A stretch of 63,469 bases of DNA, filler included, from Octopus bimaculoides (GCF_001194135.2; 6 parts of 6 records of this genome joined end to end with filler, not necessarily neighbours in it), one strand, 5' to 3'. Shown: positions 39,514 to 53,054, numbered from the whole stretch's first letter. Notes: generated by a model from the letters alone, not told the origin. Made by a program: numbers and translations.

Positions 39514-39587
39514 GAACAGCAGGAGGAGCAGCTGCTATAAGCAAGAACAAGAACAAGAACAATACTAATGATAGTAATAATAAATTA

Positions 39588-40178
39588 TTAAAGAACGGTA
39601 GTAGCCCGACATGTCATGTATGTAAACAAGGAAATGAAACCATTGATCATGTTGACTCTATGTGCAGTCTTCTTGCGCCTACAGAGTATCTCAACAAGCA
39701 TGATAGAGCAGCACAATATATTCACTGAGTAATTTGCAAAAACATGGACCTGCTCTATGATAAAAACTGGTAGGAACACAAACCACCTCCAATGCTTGAA
39801 AATGAACACATCTCACTCCTCTGGAACTTCACCATTCAAACTGACAGAAAGATAGATGCGAATAGGCCAGACATTATATTGAAAGACTGCAGACAAAAAC
39901 CATGCCGCCTCATTGATATGACTGCCCCACTCGATATAAATGTATCTGTCAAGACCTACCAAAAACCGAGCAAGTATAAAGATCTTGAAATAGAAATTGA
40001 CAAAATGTGGAACCTCAAGACTAAAACAAAACCTGTTTTCATAGGTGCTCTAGGAATGATAGCAAAATGGGCTGATTCCTACCTAGCTCAGATACTAGAA
40101 AACCCCAGAATGACAGAAATTGAAAAGATAGTGCTCATGGGAACTGCCCATATCCTACGTAAAACACTGTCTATGTAA
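39588..40178 (+). pseudogene. R4/Dong-like retrotransposon CCHC + RLE endonuclease fragment
   Basis: One frame: CHVCKQGNETIDHVDSMC (CX2CX8HX4C), then NRPDII...LIDMT...KYKDL...GTAHILRKTLSM*. Two in-frame stops at Trp positions upstream of the listed 128-aa ORF. Confidence 0.92.
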
Positions 40179-40288
40179 TCTCAAATTTTTAAACAAACTC
40201 ATAATTTTCGTATGTTTTCTTATATAATCTCTAGAACAATACTATGTACAAAACCAAATATAGGACACCCTAGGCATAACACCAACAA

Positions 40289-40452
40289 TTTTGTGGGAGG
40301 GTACCAGTCAATTAGATTACTTAAAATATCGACCTCGAGAGGGTGAAAGGCAAAATCGATCTCGGCGGAAGTTGAATTCAGAACGTAGCGGCAGACGAAA
40401 TACCGCTAAGCATTTCGTCCAGCTTGATAAAGATTCTGCCAGCTCATTGCCT
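40289..40452 (-). mobile_element. SINE family C, truncated
   Basis: Match to family C. Confidence 0.85.
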
Positions 40453-40493
40453 TAATAATAATGATGATGAGGATGATGATAATAATAATAATG

Positions 40494-40527
<34 letters not shown>

Positions 40528-40529
<2 letters not shown>

Positions 40530-40731
40530 TTTTCAAATTTTGGTATAAGGCAAACAAATTCGGGTAGGGGAATGGTTGATTATATGAACCCGGGTACTCA
40601 ACTCGTACTTATTTTATCAACTCTGAAGGGATAAAACGCAAAGTCAGCCTCGGTGGAATTTGAACTCAGAACGTAAAGACAGACGAAATACCGCTAAACG
40701 ATTTTGCCCGGCCTGCAAACCATTCTGCCAG
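40528..40731 (-). mobile_element. SINE family C (tandem partner)
   Basis: Match to family C. Confidence 0.9.
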
Positions 40732-40760
40732 ATTTTTATAATTATCAAGGCGGCATCCTC

Positions 40761-40837
<77 letters not shown>

Positions 40838-40838
<1 letters not shown>

Positions 40839-40978
40839 TAAGCTGCTTAGATCTGACATAGAATGTTTGAAAAACCTTAAATTTGACAAGAGTATCAAAC
40901 CTACAAAGACCCAAAAACTAAAGAAAAAATATAATATGAAAACCATAGTTGACATTGATGCCACCATAGAAAACATCA
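40838..40978 (+). pseudogene. probable pre-RT fragment of an R4/Dong-like ORF
   Basis: KLLRSDIECLKNLKFDKSIKPTKTQKLKKKYNMKTIVDIDATIENI starts directly after (TAA)n. Resembles the LKKKY...IE segment that precedes RT in this clade. Confidence 0.5.
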
Positions 40979-41078
40979 NNNNNNNNNNNNNNNNNNNNNN
41001 NNNNNNNNNNNNNNNNNNNNNNTTAATTAATTAANNNNNNNNNNNNNNNNNNNNNNNNNNNNNNNNNNNNNNNNNNNN
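40979..41078. other. synthetic scaffold-join spacer
   Basis: 44N+TTAATTAATTAA+44N. Confidence 0.95.
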
Positions 41079-41164
<86 letters not shown>

Positions 41165-41344
41165 TACCAAACCAAATACAGGCTTATGTCCAACGCCCAA
41201 CCCTCATCTATGTCTTGCCTATTTATACATCTCGTACACATTGCTGTTCTGAATGTGTTTTATGTCTCTTCTCATATGCAGATACCAAACCATTATGCAA
41301 TATCCTTCATGAACATACTTACAGCCGTAAACACCAAACAAAAG

Positions 41345-41375
<31 letters not shown>

Positions 41376-41559
41376 CAAATATAAAAGAACAAAAAACAAG
41401 ATACAACATCCAAAAGAAATTCTTCTGACTCGCTGGAGCCTTCTTGTAAAGAGTTTCTTTTGCTATCGACCTTTTCAATGCGAAAATGTCAAAGATTCAC
41501 TCACGTTGAAGTGGTTACTGATCCATAAAAATCACGCCAAAATCTCTTACGAATTGATG

Positions 41560-41780
41560 AGACGGACTAACGAGGCTACCTCTAAGTGATTGCATGCCAT
41601 GCTAGAAATAGCAGTCAAATCTATTTCATACATTTGACGAGAAAGAAAAATGATAAAAAGATATTGGTTGAAAATAGTATGGGGTAGTGTACCTTGGTGG
41701 GTAATGCATTAGAAAACGTCCGACTATGATTACCTGGGGCTAAACAAAACCGATAATAAAAGGAACAACAACATCAACAA
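41560..41780 (+). mobile_element. SINE-like family D remnant with (AAC)n tail
   Basis: ctagaaatagcagtcaaatct and ctggggctaaac are reverse complements of family-D motifs. Confidence 0.5.
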
Positions 41781-42169
41781 CAATATCAACGAAGCTAATA
41801 GATGCCTTAGAGTGATGTACAAAATATATGTATTGCGTCACCGCAAAGAACATTTATAGCATCTGACATTAGTGCCACTGCACGGCACTTTGGCCCGTCC
41901 AAAGCCATGTGAGTGGATTTGGTAAACAGAAACTGACGGAAGTCCGTTATATGTATATGAACATATATATATATATATTTATGGCGAGAGAGATAGAGAG
42001 AGAGAGAGACAGACAGACAGAGACACAGAGAGACAGAGAGAAACAGAGAGACAGAGACACAGAGAGAGAGTGAGAGCGTACATACAAAAAGCTTTCTTAG
42101 TTTGGTTTACCACAAAAAACTCCGGCTTGAACTGCAATACACAAACACGTGTGTGTTTATATGTATTTT

Positions 42170-42369
42170 ATTCTTTTATTCTTTTATTCTTTTACTTGTC
42201 TCTGTTATTTGACTGCGGCCACTCTGGAGCACCGCCTTTAGTCGAACAAATCGACCCCAGGACTTATTCTTTGTATGCCTAGTACTTATTCTATCGGTCT
42301 CTTATGCCGAACTGCTAATGTTACTGGGACGTAAACACACCAGCATCGGTTGTCAAGTGATGTTGAACG
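42170..42369 (-). mobile_element. SINE family B, 3' half
   Basis: Match to 12017-12200. Short plus-strand fragments also occur at 41871-41955 and 43018-43095. Confidence 0.9.
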
Positions 42370-43217
42370 NNNNNNNNNNNNNNNNNNNNNNNNNNNNNNN
42401 NNNNNNNNNNNNNNNNNNNNNNNNNNNNNNNNNNNNNNNNNNNNNNNNNNNNNNNNNNNNNNNNNNNNNNNNNNNNNNNNNNNNNNNNNNNNNNNNNNNN
42501 NNNNNNNNNNNNNNNNNNNNNNNNNNNNNNNNNNNNNNNNNNNNNNNNNNNNNNNNNNNNNNNNNNNNNNNNNNNNNNNNNNNNNNNNNNNNNNNNNNNN
42601 NNNNNNNNNNNNNNNNNNNNNNNNNNNNNNNNNNNNNNNNNNNNNNNNNNNNNNNNNNNNNNNNNNNNNNNNNNNNNNNNNNNNNNNNNNNNNNNNNNNN
42701 NNNNNNNNNNNNNNNNNNNNNNNNNNNNNNNNNNNNNNNNNNNNNNNNNNNNNNNNNNNNNNNNNNNNNNNNNNNNNNNNNNNNNNNNNNNNNNNNNNNN
42801 NNNNNNNNNNNNNNNNNNNNNNNNNNNNNNNNNNNNNNNNNNNNNNNNNNNNNNNNNNNNNNNNNNNNNNNNNNNNNNNNNNNNNNNNNNNNNNNNNNNN
42901 NNNNNNNNNNNNNNNNNNNNNNNNNNNNNNNNNNNNNNNNNNNNNNNNNNNNNNNNNNNNNNNNNNNNNNNNNNATGATGAGGAGGAGGAGGAGGAGAGA
43001 AGTAATGTGGTCTATTTGTTCGACTAAACACTTCAAGGTGGCGCCCCAGCATGGTCGCAGTCTGATGCGTGAAAGAATTCAAAGAATGAAAGGATATATA
43101 TATATATATATATACATTCACTCAAGGCGCATGGCCAAGTAGTGGATAGCGGGATTCTCTGACTGGGCATGCACTTCTGTCCTTGAAGACGGCTTTTTAT
43201 TTCCTGTTGCTACAGTA

Positions 43218-43414
43218 TACGAGGAGGTCCCGAGAAGTTCCTGGCTTCAAGCGTGTCGCGAGAGACCAGGCTAGAGGACCAACCTTCCAAATCCTTTTAC
43301 AGGGTCTTGGGTCTTAGAAAAACTGAAGGATCTCTGTATTTAGTGTGTGAATCTAAGAGGAGATTATATGTTTAATAAAACCTAAAGCCAAGAATTTTAC
43401 AGCATTCGCTCATA
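43218..43414 (+). mobile_element. mariner-derived MITE
   Basis: TACGAGGAGGTCCCGAGAAGTTCCTGGCTT ... AAGCCAAGAATTTTACAGCATTCGCTCATA imperfect TIRs with TA ends. Confidence 0.75.
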
Positions 43415-43444
43415 CTCAGCAGTATATCACTAATAAGTGATTGT

Positions 43445-43501
<57 letters not shown>

Positions 43502-43789
43502 NNNNNNNNNNCTCTCTCTCTCTCACTCTCTCTCTCTCTCTCTCCCTGCCTCCAACAGCCATGTCAAAGGTGAGAGCGCCGAGAGAACGTCTATGGCAGC
43601 TCTCCCGACTAATCGAGCACCTAAAACAATTAGCGGAGGCGTGGTTCAAGCTATCAAGTTGCACTCACAAGCCACTAATGGTTAATTACATTTATGTTCA
43701 AAAGTTACAATTATCTCATCTGAATTACATAACGAAAATGTCTCAGACAATTCTTGGAATTAGAGGTCTCGTTTGTCCTTCTCCTCCTC

Positions 43790-43963
43790 CTCCCTTTTTC
43801 GTCTTGTTTGTTTCTTCTTCTTCTCCTTCTCTCTTTTTCGTCGTGTTTGTTTCTTCTTCTCCCTTTTTCGTTGTGCTTGTTTCTTCTCCCTTTTTCGTCT
43901 TGTTTGTTTCTTCTTCTCCCTTTTTCGTCTTGTTTATTTCTTCTTCTTCTTCTTCTTCTTCTT
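43790..43963. repeat. minisatellite, ~5 x 27-33 bp (ttcttctccctttttcgtcttgtttgt)
   Basis: Direct. Confidence 0.9.
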
Positions 43964-44646
43964 CTATATGTAAAACTATATACATATACATACATATACA
44001 GGACATTTGTATATTTAAGAAGTGACACGCCATGACAGTAGAATTAAATGTTACAAGAGTTTTGACGTTACACGAGATGAATAAACGATCTGTTGAGGAA
44101 AGTTCGTAATGTTTATCGTATATATGGTGGTATTCTCCAGGAACAGTTATACGGCACGTCCGAATTATTGCTAATAGGCGAGGCTGCTCATCGTAGAAGC
44201 CTCTTTTTGGAGAATAGATGCACAGATAGTGCTTTTACATCCAATCAATCGACAACCAGCACTATAGTAGTAATTCGTTCGATTATTAGAGGAAAATATG
44301 TAGGTGTGTATGTGTGTGTGTCTGAGGAAAGATTTTCTTAAAAATCATTCACTATTTAACACACAATGCGGAAACTTCACCCCACCAAAAGGTTCTGTCA
44401 TTCTGCTTTATAAGAATAACTTATTTATTCTTAAATAGTCAATAACTTTTAAGAACATCTTTTTTTCAAATACTGTGACAGTATCACGTATGTTTTTCAA
44501 AGACATGCACACGCACGCGCGCATATATACACGCATGCATACATGTATACCCTGTGATTCCCATTAATAAATAGAACATGTATAATGGCGAATAAATAAC
44601 AAAAATATTTTCAAGATCCGTTCTGTATATATATAACGATAAACGT

Positions 44647-44740
44647 GGCCCTTTCAAAGCCTAGCCAGGCTCATGGGCCCGGTTTTCCGGTTTCTATAGC
44701 GTATGTGTTCCCCCCATCTGGACGGGACGCCAGTCCATCG

Positions 44741-44741
<1 letters not shown>
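44647..44741 (-). mobile_element. isolated SINE tail (same as 4936-5035)
   Basis: Near-identical aagcctagccagg..catgggcccggttt.ccggtttcta...tggacgggacgccagtccatcgca. Confidence 0.9.
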
Positions 44742-44787
<46 letters not shown>

Positions 44788-44799
44788 TATATATATATA

Positions 44800-45255
44800 T
44801 ACACCGTATATATGTTTTGCAAACGACTTGCACACGGAAGTGCTACCAGTCGAAAGCTCCGCATACCGGAAGCCAGCAAGTGTATGGAATCATCAGGAGA
44901 GCATATGCACCGTTTCGTGGCCTACCACTCAATGGCATGACTGCGATCCCCACTTCACTGCCATGAGGCCCCGCTTGCTAGATCAACTGGTTATTAAAAA
45001 CAAAGCTCAATATTCCTCTAGCTATCACTAATCGTCTCTTTTTAACCAAATCCAGTGGCTAGCCTTTCCCACCGTAGTTTGGATATCTGTCATTGTGGTA
45101 TTTACCTTACGATGAGTTAGGCCTAACGATAACAACAATCGCCTCACACTGTGTCCAACGAATCGTCTGCATTCGACTTTCCAGCCTGCGTCTTCACATT
45201 CTTCGAGGAGGTTTGCATAACGGTCAATCATGTACCAAGTCTTCATTCGACACAA
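44800..45255 (-). pseudogene. HERO/NeSL-like RLE retrotransposon 3' end
   Basis: DRYANLLEECEDAGWKVEC..RRFVGHSVRRLLLSLG...KASHWIWLKRDD (cf. KYxxLxxECxxxGW...CRGF...WLWLxR), followed by a GC-richer putative 3' UTR. Confidence 0.75.
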
Positions 45256-45371
45256 CTAAATATCGTGGAATGGAAAATTTCGGCGTGCCATAGTCTGTGA
45301 TAATGGTACCGATATTTTTTTTTTTTACATAGTGAACATTATTTGCTTAAAAACCATCACTTCTGTGAATA

Positions 45372-45474
<103 letters not shown>

Positions 45475-46519
45475 TGTCCGACACTATTCAAACAGAAAAT
45501 AATAACTGAATCTGTGTGTGTTTGGAGACTTATTAGAATTGCGTTTGGAATTCCATTTTTCCCAAAGGATATTTGGATTTCAGATATTCTATCTATTCAG
45601 ACGTTTTAATATTTATTTTATCACATGGCTTGGCACATGCTTCTTCGCCACAGCATTTATTGATGAAGATTTTTCTTTTTTGACTATAGTCTACATTCAT
45701 ATTACTGTTATTAACCAAATTCAGTTTTTCCTCAATATCACTGATCGTACTTCTATCATTTAGAAGCTATCATTTTCGATTTCAATAATCCAGAGGCTCT
45801 TAAGCACGCCAATAAAGCCTTCCATTATATATAATATTTATAAGACAAGTCACATGATAACAAGCAGATTTTTTTTCTATCAATAGCTTTTACTCTACAA
45901 GATATATCTGTCACGTAAAAGTTGACCAAAGCTCCGTCATGTAGCGAACAGAACCATTGCTATTCATATAGGTTCGATCCTCCTAGCTAACAATAATCAG
46001 TTTCTTGACCAGGACCATTTTCCTGTTAAATAACTTCATCAAACACAATCCGAGTTGCTACAGAATGGAAGAGAAACCACAACCCTTACGTTTGACAGTC
46101 AATCATCTCACTGACATGATGAACTTGAAACGCTTAAAATTGAAATTATGTTACAATATTCGACTGTATTAGTTGTGTTTAGAATATTCTTTCTTTTAAT
46201 CCGAGATGCTTTGCTAAATCTAAGATAGTTTGCATTATACTAGAATCATATTCACTTTTCAAAGACCCGATCACTGCTATTTCAGTTGACGTAGAATGGT
46301 ATGTTAGTGACCGAGCACTGAAGGTGATCTGGGATCTATGTTTAATAGCATATACCGTTGCAGAAGATACGTTTACTCAAAATTATGCAAATTTTATATG
46401 AGAACAGAAAGCTGAATTGCAATAGCAGTACCCGTAAAGTTCACATCAGCCGTGCAACCACAAATGTGCTTTTCTTGGACTTTTTTTCCCTCTCTCCAGT
46501 CCGGTCTTCTCTCCTTTTT

Positions 46520-46750
46520 CTTACGAAGATGGTTTGAGCTTCAGTATCACCAAGCTTTTGCCAAAGCATGATGCAATATCTCTACTCGAAGCGTTCGGTC
46601 ATTTTCCGTGAAAATGAAAATCCGACGAGCGCGCACAAAACGTCTGTACTCTAGGTGTAATATCGGGAACTAACATGGCTTACCAGCAGGAAATGTATTT
46701 AACCTACGTGGCATTCGTTTTGGCGGGAAACTTTTTGATACTTTTTAAAC
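46520..46750 (-). pseudogene. mariner 5' end remnant
   Basis: MTERFE*RYCIMLWQKLGDTEAQTI (cf. EQRxxIKFCxKLGxxxxET) preceded by a TIR-like end. Confidence 0.65.
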
Positions 46751-46783
46751 GAACCTATATACAGACACACATATAAATATACC

Positions 46784-46824
<41 letters not shown>

Positions 46825-47727
46825 AGCGAGAGAGAGAGAGAGTAAGCGAAGGAGAGGGAGAGAAAGAGAAACGTTTAATCCATAAGGGTCAGTCTGGCAA
46901 AATACATTTTTCTTCAGACTAATCTGTGGATTCTTTATTCAAAGTAACCGAATATAGCCTCGTTGAACTTGTCGGGCCCTGCAATATTTATACATATACA
47001 TACATACATACATACATATGTGTATACGAGTGTGTGTGTGACTATGCTTGTGTGTGTGTGTGCGTATGCTCAAGTGTGTTTGTGTGTTTGTATGTGTGTA
47101 TGTATGTGTATGCGGCTATTAGACACCCGATAGAATAAGAATACGATGCGACTTTAATTGTTCCAAAATATATACAATAACTGGGGTTTCGCTTCAAAAA
47201 CACATTAGTTCAAATGAATCTTGGAGCGTAATACTGTCTAGTTATACAGCACTACTGCTGGAAAATCTTTTGTTCTCAATTCCCCAATATTTTTTCCAAA
47301 CAAAAGCGTTATCATTACCATCTCCAGATCTCTAAATAACACTCAATGCATTCATAAATATATTCTATTTCTAAGGACAGGAGAGGTCTGACAAGGTCAA
47401 TAATTACTTTAGAAACGGAGAATGGAATAGAAAACAATTACAAGTTGACTCACAAATTAGTTTTTTTTCCCCCATATTATCTATCTATCTATCTATCTAT
47501 CCATCTATCTATCAATATCTATCTATTTATCTATGTATCTATCTGTCTATCTCCATCTTTCTGTCTGTCTGCTTGTCTGTACGTGTGTGTGTGTGTTTAT
47601 GTGCGTGAAAATGTATGCGTGGTTGTGTGCGTACGTGTGCGTGTATATATGTGTGTGAGTGCGTGTGCGTGTGCGCATCTATCTATATCTATATCTCTCT
47701 ATTTAGCTAGGAAACCCTCGGTCTGTG

Positions 47728-47767
<40 letters not shown>

Positions 47768-47882
47768 AATATAGATCTATAGACACACACGCTCATAAAT
47801 ATACACGTATGCACACAGCCACACATGAACACTCACGCACCTAAGTACACACAGGCTTACACATAGACAAACAGACAGACAG

Positions 47883-47964
<82 letters not shown>

Positions 47965-48299
47965 CTAGATAGATAGGTAAAGAGTGTGTGTGTGTGTGAG
48001 ATAGATAGATAGATAGATAGACATGCAGACAATGGGATATATATGTGAAAAAGTGAGAGATTGAGAGACAGAAATAGATAACCCTAATTGAAGGAATGCA
48101 CAATTAATTTGCTATATCGGTAGCCACGGCCTGTTGTGAAAACTCAGTAAGCTTATATTTAACAGTATTAGTCCTCTCCGACGGCGTAGAGACATGAGTT
48201 ATTCGACCTTCTTTGCTACGGACACTTACTTGACCCAAAAGGTCAGTACAGGGCATAACGATAATTGAAAAGTATATCTAATTTGGGGGCAACTCCAGC

Positions 48300-48470
48300 G
48301 AATCTTTGTCGATGTCATCGAATTTCGTGCTTAACTCCTACTTGATTTTTATCGGCTCTGGAAGAATCTTCGGCGAGATTTGAACTCAGAACGTAGAAGG
48401 CCGCAAAAATTATCGTGAGATAATTCTTCCCCGCCGCTCCAACGATTCTGTCAGTTCATCGATATGTGTA
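48300..48470 (-). mobile_element. SINE family C, diverged
   Basis: ttcggcgagatttgaactcagaacgta. Confidence 0.7.
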
Positions 48471-48510
48471 TGTAACTTACATTTGTGTATTAATTGTATG
48501 TAATACTGTG

Positions 48511-48897
48511 TGTGGAGGCGCAGTGGCCCAGTGGTTAGGGCAGCGGACTCGCGGTCATAGGATCGCGGTTTCGATTCCCAGACCGGGCGTTGTGAGTGTT
48601 TATTGAGCGAAAACACCTAAAGCTCCACGAGTCTCCGGCAGGGGATTCGTGGCGAACTCTGCTGTACTCTTCCACCACAACTTTCACTCACTCTTACTTC
48701 CTGTTTCTGTTGTGCCTGTAATTCAAAGGGTCAGCCTTGTCACACTGTGTCACGCTGAATATCCCCGAGAACTACGTTAGGGGTACACGTGTCTGTGGAG
48801 TGCTCAGCCACTTGCACGTTAATTTCACGAGCAGGCTGTTCCGTTGATCGGATCAACTGGAACCCTCGACGTCGTAAGCGACGGAGTGCCAACAACA
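48511..48897 (+). mobile_element. SINE family A, full length with 13-bp target-site duplication
   Basis: A-box TGGCCCAGTGG, B-box GGTTTCGATTCC, (CAA)n tail. TGTATGTAATACT at 48495-48507 and 48900-48912. Confidence 0.97.
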
Positions 48898-48906
48898 TGT
48901 GTATGT

Positions 48907-48946
<40 letters not shown>

Positions 48947-48984
48947 GCGCGCGCACGTGCGTTCATACACTAATGCATATTCTT

Positions 48985-49392
48985 GGCTTCAAAGTCTGGC
49001 ACAAGGCCAGCATTTTCAGGGTGAAGGTAAGTCGATTACATCAACACCAATGCATGACTGGTAGTTATTTTATCAACCCCCGAAAGGATTTAAAGAAAAA
49101 CGACTTCAGCGGAATTTGAACTCAGAACATAACGACTGACAACATGCCGCTAAGCATTTTGCTCTGAGTGCTAAAGATTCTGCCAACTCCCTGCCTTCAG
49201 AATATATGTATTATTGTGTTCAAATTTTGGCAATTACTAAGTCGATTACATGGACCTCAGTGTCCAGTTGGTGCTTATTTTATCAACTCCAAAAGGATGA
49301 AAGGCAAATCGACCTCAACGGAATTTGAACTCAGACATACCGCTAAGCATTTTTCCCGGTGAGTTAACGTTTCTGCTTGCTCTCCGCCTTCA
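48985..49392 (-). mobile_element. two tandem SINE family C copies (48985-49198, 49213-49392)
   Basis: Both match family C. Confidence 0.85.
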
Positions 49393-50103
49393 AAACGTAC
49401 ATTATTAAAATGAAGTTAGCATTGCCCTTGCAAACGTCTTCCTTGAAATAAAGATAAATTCGAAATGATATGTTTAGAAATGTTTGTCTATATGAATTAA
49501 AGGAAATCGCTTTTCCATAGAATTGTCTTATAAACGCATATTTCTGAGTCCTGTATTTGTAGAATTTTATATTGCAATAAATGTGTTCTTGCCCTCTCCA
49601 TGGGACATCGAATCACTGAATTACCAGCGAAAACAATTGTAATTCTAATATATTGTGGCGGATGATGTATTTCTTTACAAAGACGTGCATTAGATTCGGT
49701 GTATGCTATTAACCTTGCAAGGAAGAAATAATTCTTCCTCCCTCGCTCACTTTCTCTTTCTCTCTGCATATATGTATGTATAAATATACATATGTGTGTG
49801 TATGTCTGTATGTAGCGAGAGACATATATATATATCTGTATATATATAGAAATATATATCTGTATAAATACATACACACACATATATATATACATACATA
49901 CATTTATATTTATATATATATATATAGTATATTTACACATATATATTATATATACATGTATAGAGAGTGGGAGAGAGATAAATATACAAATATATATATG
50001 CATATACAGATATATATATATGTGGGTGTGTATATATATATATATATATATTATACATGTATATATTTACCATATATACACATATATATATATTCTTATA
50101 TAT

Positions 50104-50211
<108 letters not shown>

Positions 50212-50750
50212 CATACTTATATGTATGCATATACATAATTATATATACATATATACATACACACACACACACATTCGTATCGACAGAACTATCTATTATC
50301 CTTTTTGTTTCTCCCTTTCTCTCAACGTCGTACATTCGTAATAGGAGTGGACAACTTAAAGCTTTTTCCTGGAAACCTATTCAAAAACCTTATCGGCTTT
50401 CTTCTTTCATATTTTTACATCTTCCATTCTGAAGCTAAGTAAAATCACTATATAGATGATAAGCAGCAATGATTGTCAATGGGTAGGAGAAGCTTCTTGC
50501 GTTGCAGATCTTAACAATGCAATATTTATTCCAATTGATATGAGAATATTCTCGTTTGCAATCAGTTGAAGGCCCGATCGGATATATACATTTATAGGCT
50601 ATATAAAGGTTTGAATTCCAGTGAGGAAAGATAAGCGAAAATACTCGTGAAATGGAAAATTTCTTGAGAATTAATATTACAAAACTCATTTATTTTAAGA
50701 TATTCCTCAAAGTCTTGAGGTTATTTATTTTTGGTTCCTTGTTCCACCTA

Positions 50751-50784
<34 letters not shown>

Positions 50785-51091
50785 GTGATGGTGATGATTA
50801 TCATCATCATGGTGATGATGATGATCATAAATAACTGCCTCTGACATTTTAGCTTCTAATATTTTAATTGATTGTATTACTAATAATGATTATAATGATG
50901 TTGATGACGATGATGACATTAACAATAATAATTATATTAACTTCCATAAAAATTGTTTCCAGCAGTCTTTGTTTTTGTTTTTTTTTTTTGTTTCTAGTAA
51001 TTATAATTGTTTTCATTAACTACAAAAAGAACAACAATAACAACAACAGCAGAACGACAACGACGACGACGACGACGACGATGACAATAAT

Positions 51092-51281
51092 CTTTTCTAC
51101 TATAGGCACAAGGCCTGAAATTTGGTGGGAAAGGTAAGTTGATTACATTGACCCAGTACTTAACTGGTACTTATTGTATCAGTTCCAAAAGAACGGGAGG
51201 TAAAGTCCTCCAAGGTGGAATTTGAACTGAGAACGTAGAGGCAGAAAAAATGCCTTTGAGCATTTTTCCAACGCGCTAACG
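51092..51281 (-). mobile_element. SINE family C
   Basis: tttctactataggcacaaggcctgaaat... match. Confidence 0.9.
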
Positions 51282-51625
51282 ATGATGATGATGATGATGA
51301 TGATGATGACGATGATGATGACAATGATGATGACGATGATGATGACGATGATGATGACGATGATGATGACGATGATGATGACGATGACGACGATGACGAT
51401 GATGATGACGATGATGAAGATGAAGATGATGATGACGATGATGACGACGATGATGATGATGATGATGATGACCATGATGATGACCATGATGACGACGATG
51501 ATGACAACGATGATGACGATGATGATGACGATGATGATGATGATGATGACGATGATGACGACGATGATGACAACGATGATGACGACAATGACGATGATGA
51601 TGACGGTGATGATGATGATGATGAT
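51279..51625. repeat. (GAT/GAC)n triplet expansion
   Basis: Direct. Confidence 0.95.
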
Positions 51626-51633
51626 AGGTAATA

Positions 51634-51775
51634 CTAAATATAATCCTTTCTGTTATAAGCAAAAGACCTGAAATTTTAGGGCAGGTGGCAAGTCAATAAC
51701 ATCGACCCCAGTACTTAACTGGTACTTATTTTCATTGGCAGCGAAACGATAAAAGGCAAAGTCGACCTAGGCCGA
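51634..51775 (-). mobile_element. SINE family C, lacking head
   Basis: Match to the family C 3' part. Confidence 0.85.
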
Positions 51776-52981
51776 AGTAATACTTCTAATATTAATAATC
51801 ACTAGCCATAGAGTAAATCTATAAAGAGAAAACGCAAACAACTAAATGATTTCTAAATTTTTTCAAGTAAGAACAAATATGGCGAAATATACTGTAACAA
51901 TTCCAATTCGCTGCTTTTACATGAAGGAAAAGTGTCACGAAGGATTTTTGTCGAAAGAATTTGTATAATCACAAAAGAGGGCTTGGGTAAATAAATGTTA
52001 TGTTTAATGATTAGGGCAACATTGTGTTTAACATTCAGAGTATAAACCACTAAAATCAAATTATTTCTTTTACGTCACCTCTTGGAATTATGCAAATACA
52101 AGCGACCAAAATTCTGGCACTTTTTTTCTATTAGTAAACTTTCCAATTATCATGCTTCTCTCGGACTATTCTTTACCTTCACTCTAGAAATTTTCCTCTT
52201 TCTGACGAATAGTCATGTTTGAAACGTCGAACCCACTATTTTTCCATATTAAACTTTCCTGAGTGTCAGTCTAATATATTCACTGTGAATATATATTATG
52301 CTTAACTGGCGAGTTCTTATACGACGAGAACATCTTTAGCATTGTCATCATACCAACCAACAAATATGAGCGTCATGCCCTAAGCGTGAGAAATTAATTT
52401 TTCTCTGAAATCTTTAAATTTTTTAATTGTTTCAGCTTCGAAGCTGCGGTTATACCATTAATTGCTTCATTTTATCTCTTTTTCACTCTGAGAGTTTCAA
52501 ACTAGATTGTTCTTTTGTTTCTCCATATCAGAAGGAAATTTCAGTTCATGTTTAGTAGTAAAGCTTTGTTTTAATCTGCAATTAAGACGTTAATTTCATT
52601 ACGGAGGGTTTAGGGTTAGAGTTAGGGTTAACATCTTACAGTCTAGGTAGGTGGCGCTGCGAACTGATCAAGGTGTGTACACACCATTCATCAACAAGCG
52701 AGATATATTCTCCGTGACAAAACGCAGTGAGTAGCTTGTTCCCCAGTTCGAACGTGCATCAAGGATATTCGAACAGGAAATAACTTTTGCAAGTTCATTT
52801 CATTATTCATGCTACAAAATCTTTGACATTTTGCTTGGCTTGCAGATTTGTAATGTAATTGTAGAGTATTTCGATGTGGTTGAAATTTGTGAAACTATAG
52901 GTAAATACATCTTAGACTTAATTCTGATGATATGGCATTCTTCAGAGATTTAGAATTTTCTGAAATTTATGCAAGTGTGTA

Positions 52982-53054
<73 letters not shown>

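Noticed and set aside
44895-44935. Minus-strand GAAAC...CTGATGA in the HERO-like 3' UTR as a type II hammerhead
   Set aside because: The triplet after GAAAC is GUG (non-cleavable) and the stems do not pair.
48511-48590. tRNA gene
   Set aside because: The A and B boxes belong to a SINE head that continues into a ~390-bp multicopy body with a TSD, and there is no full cloverleaf.
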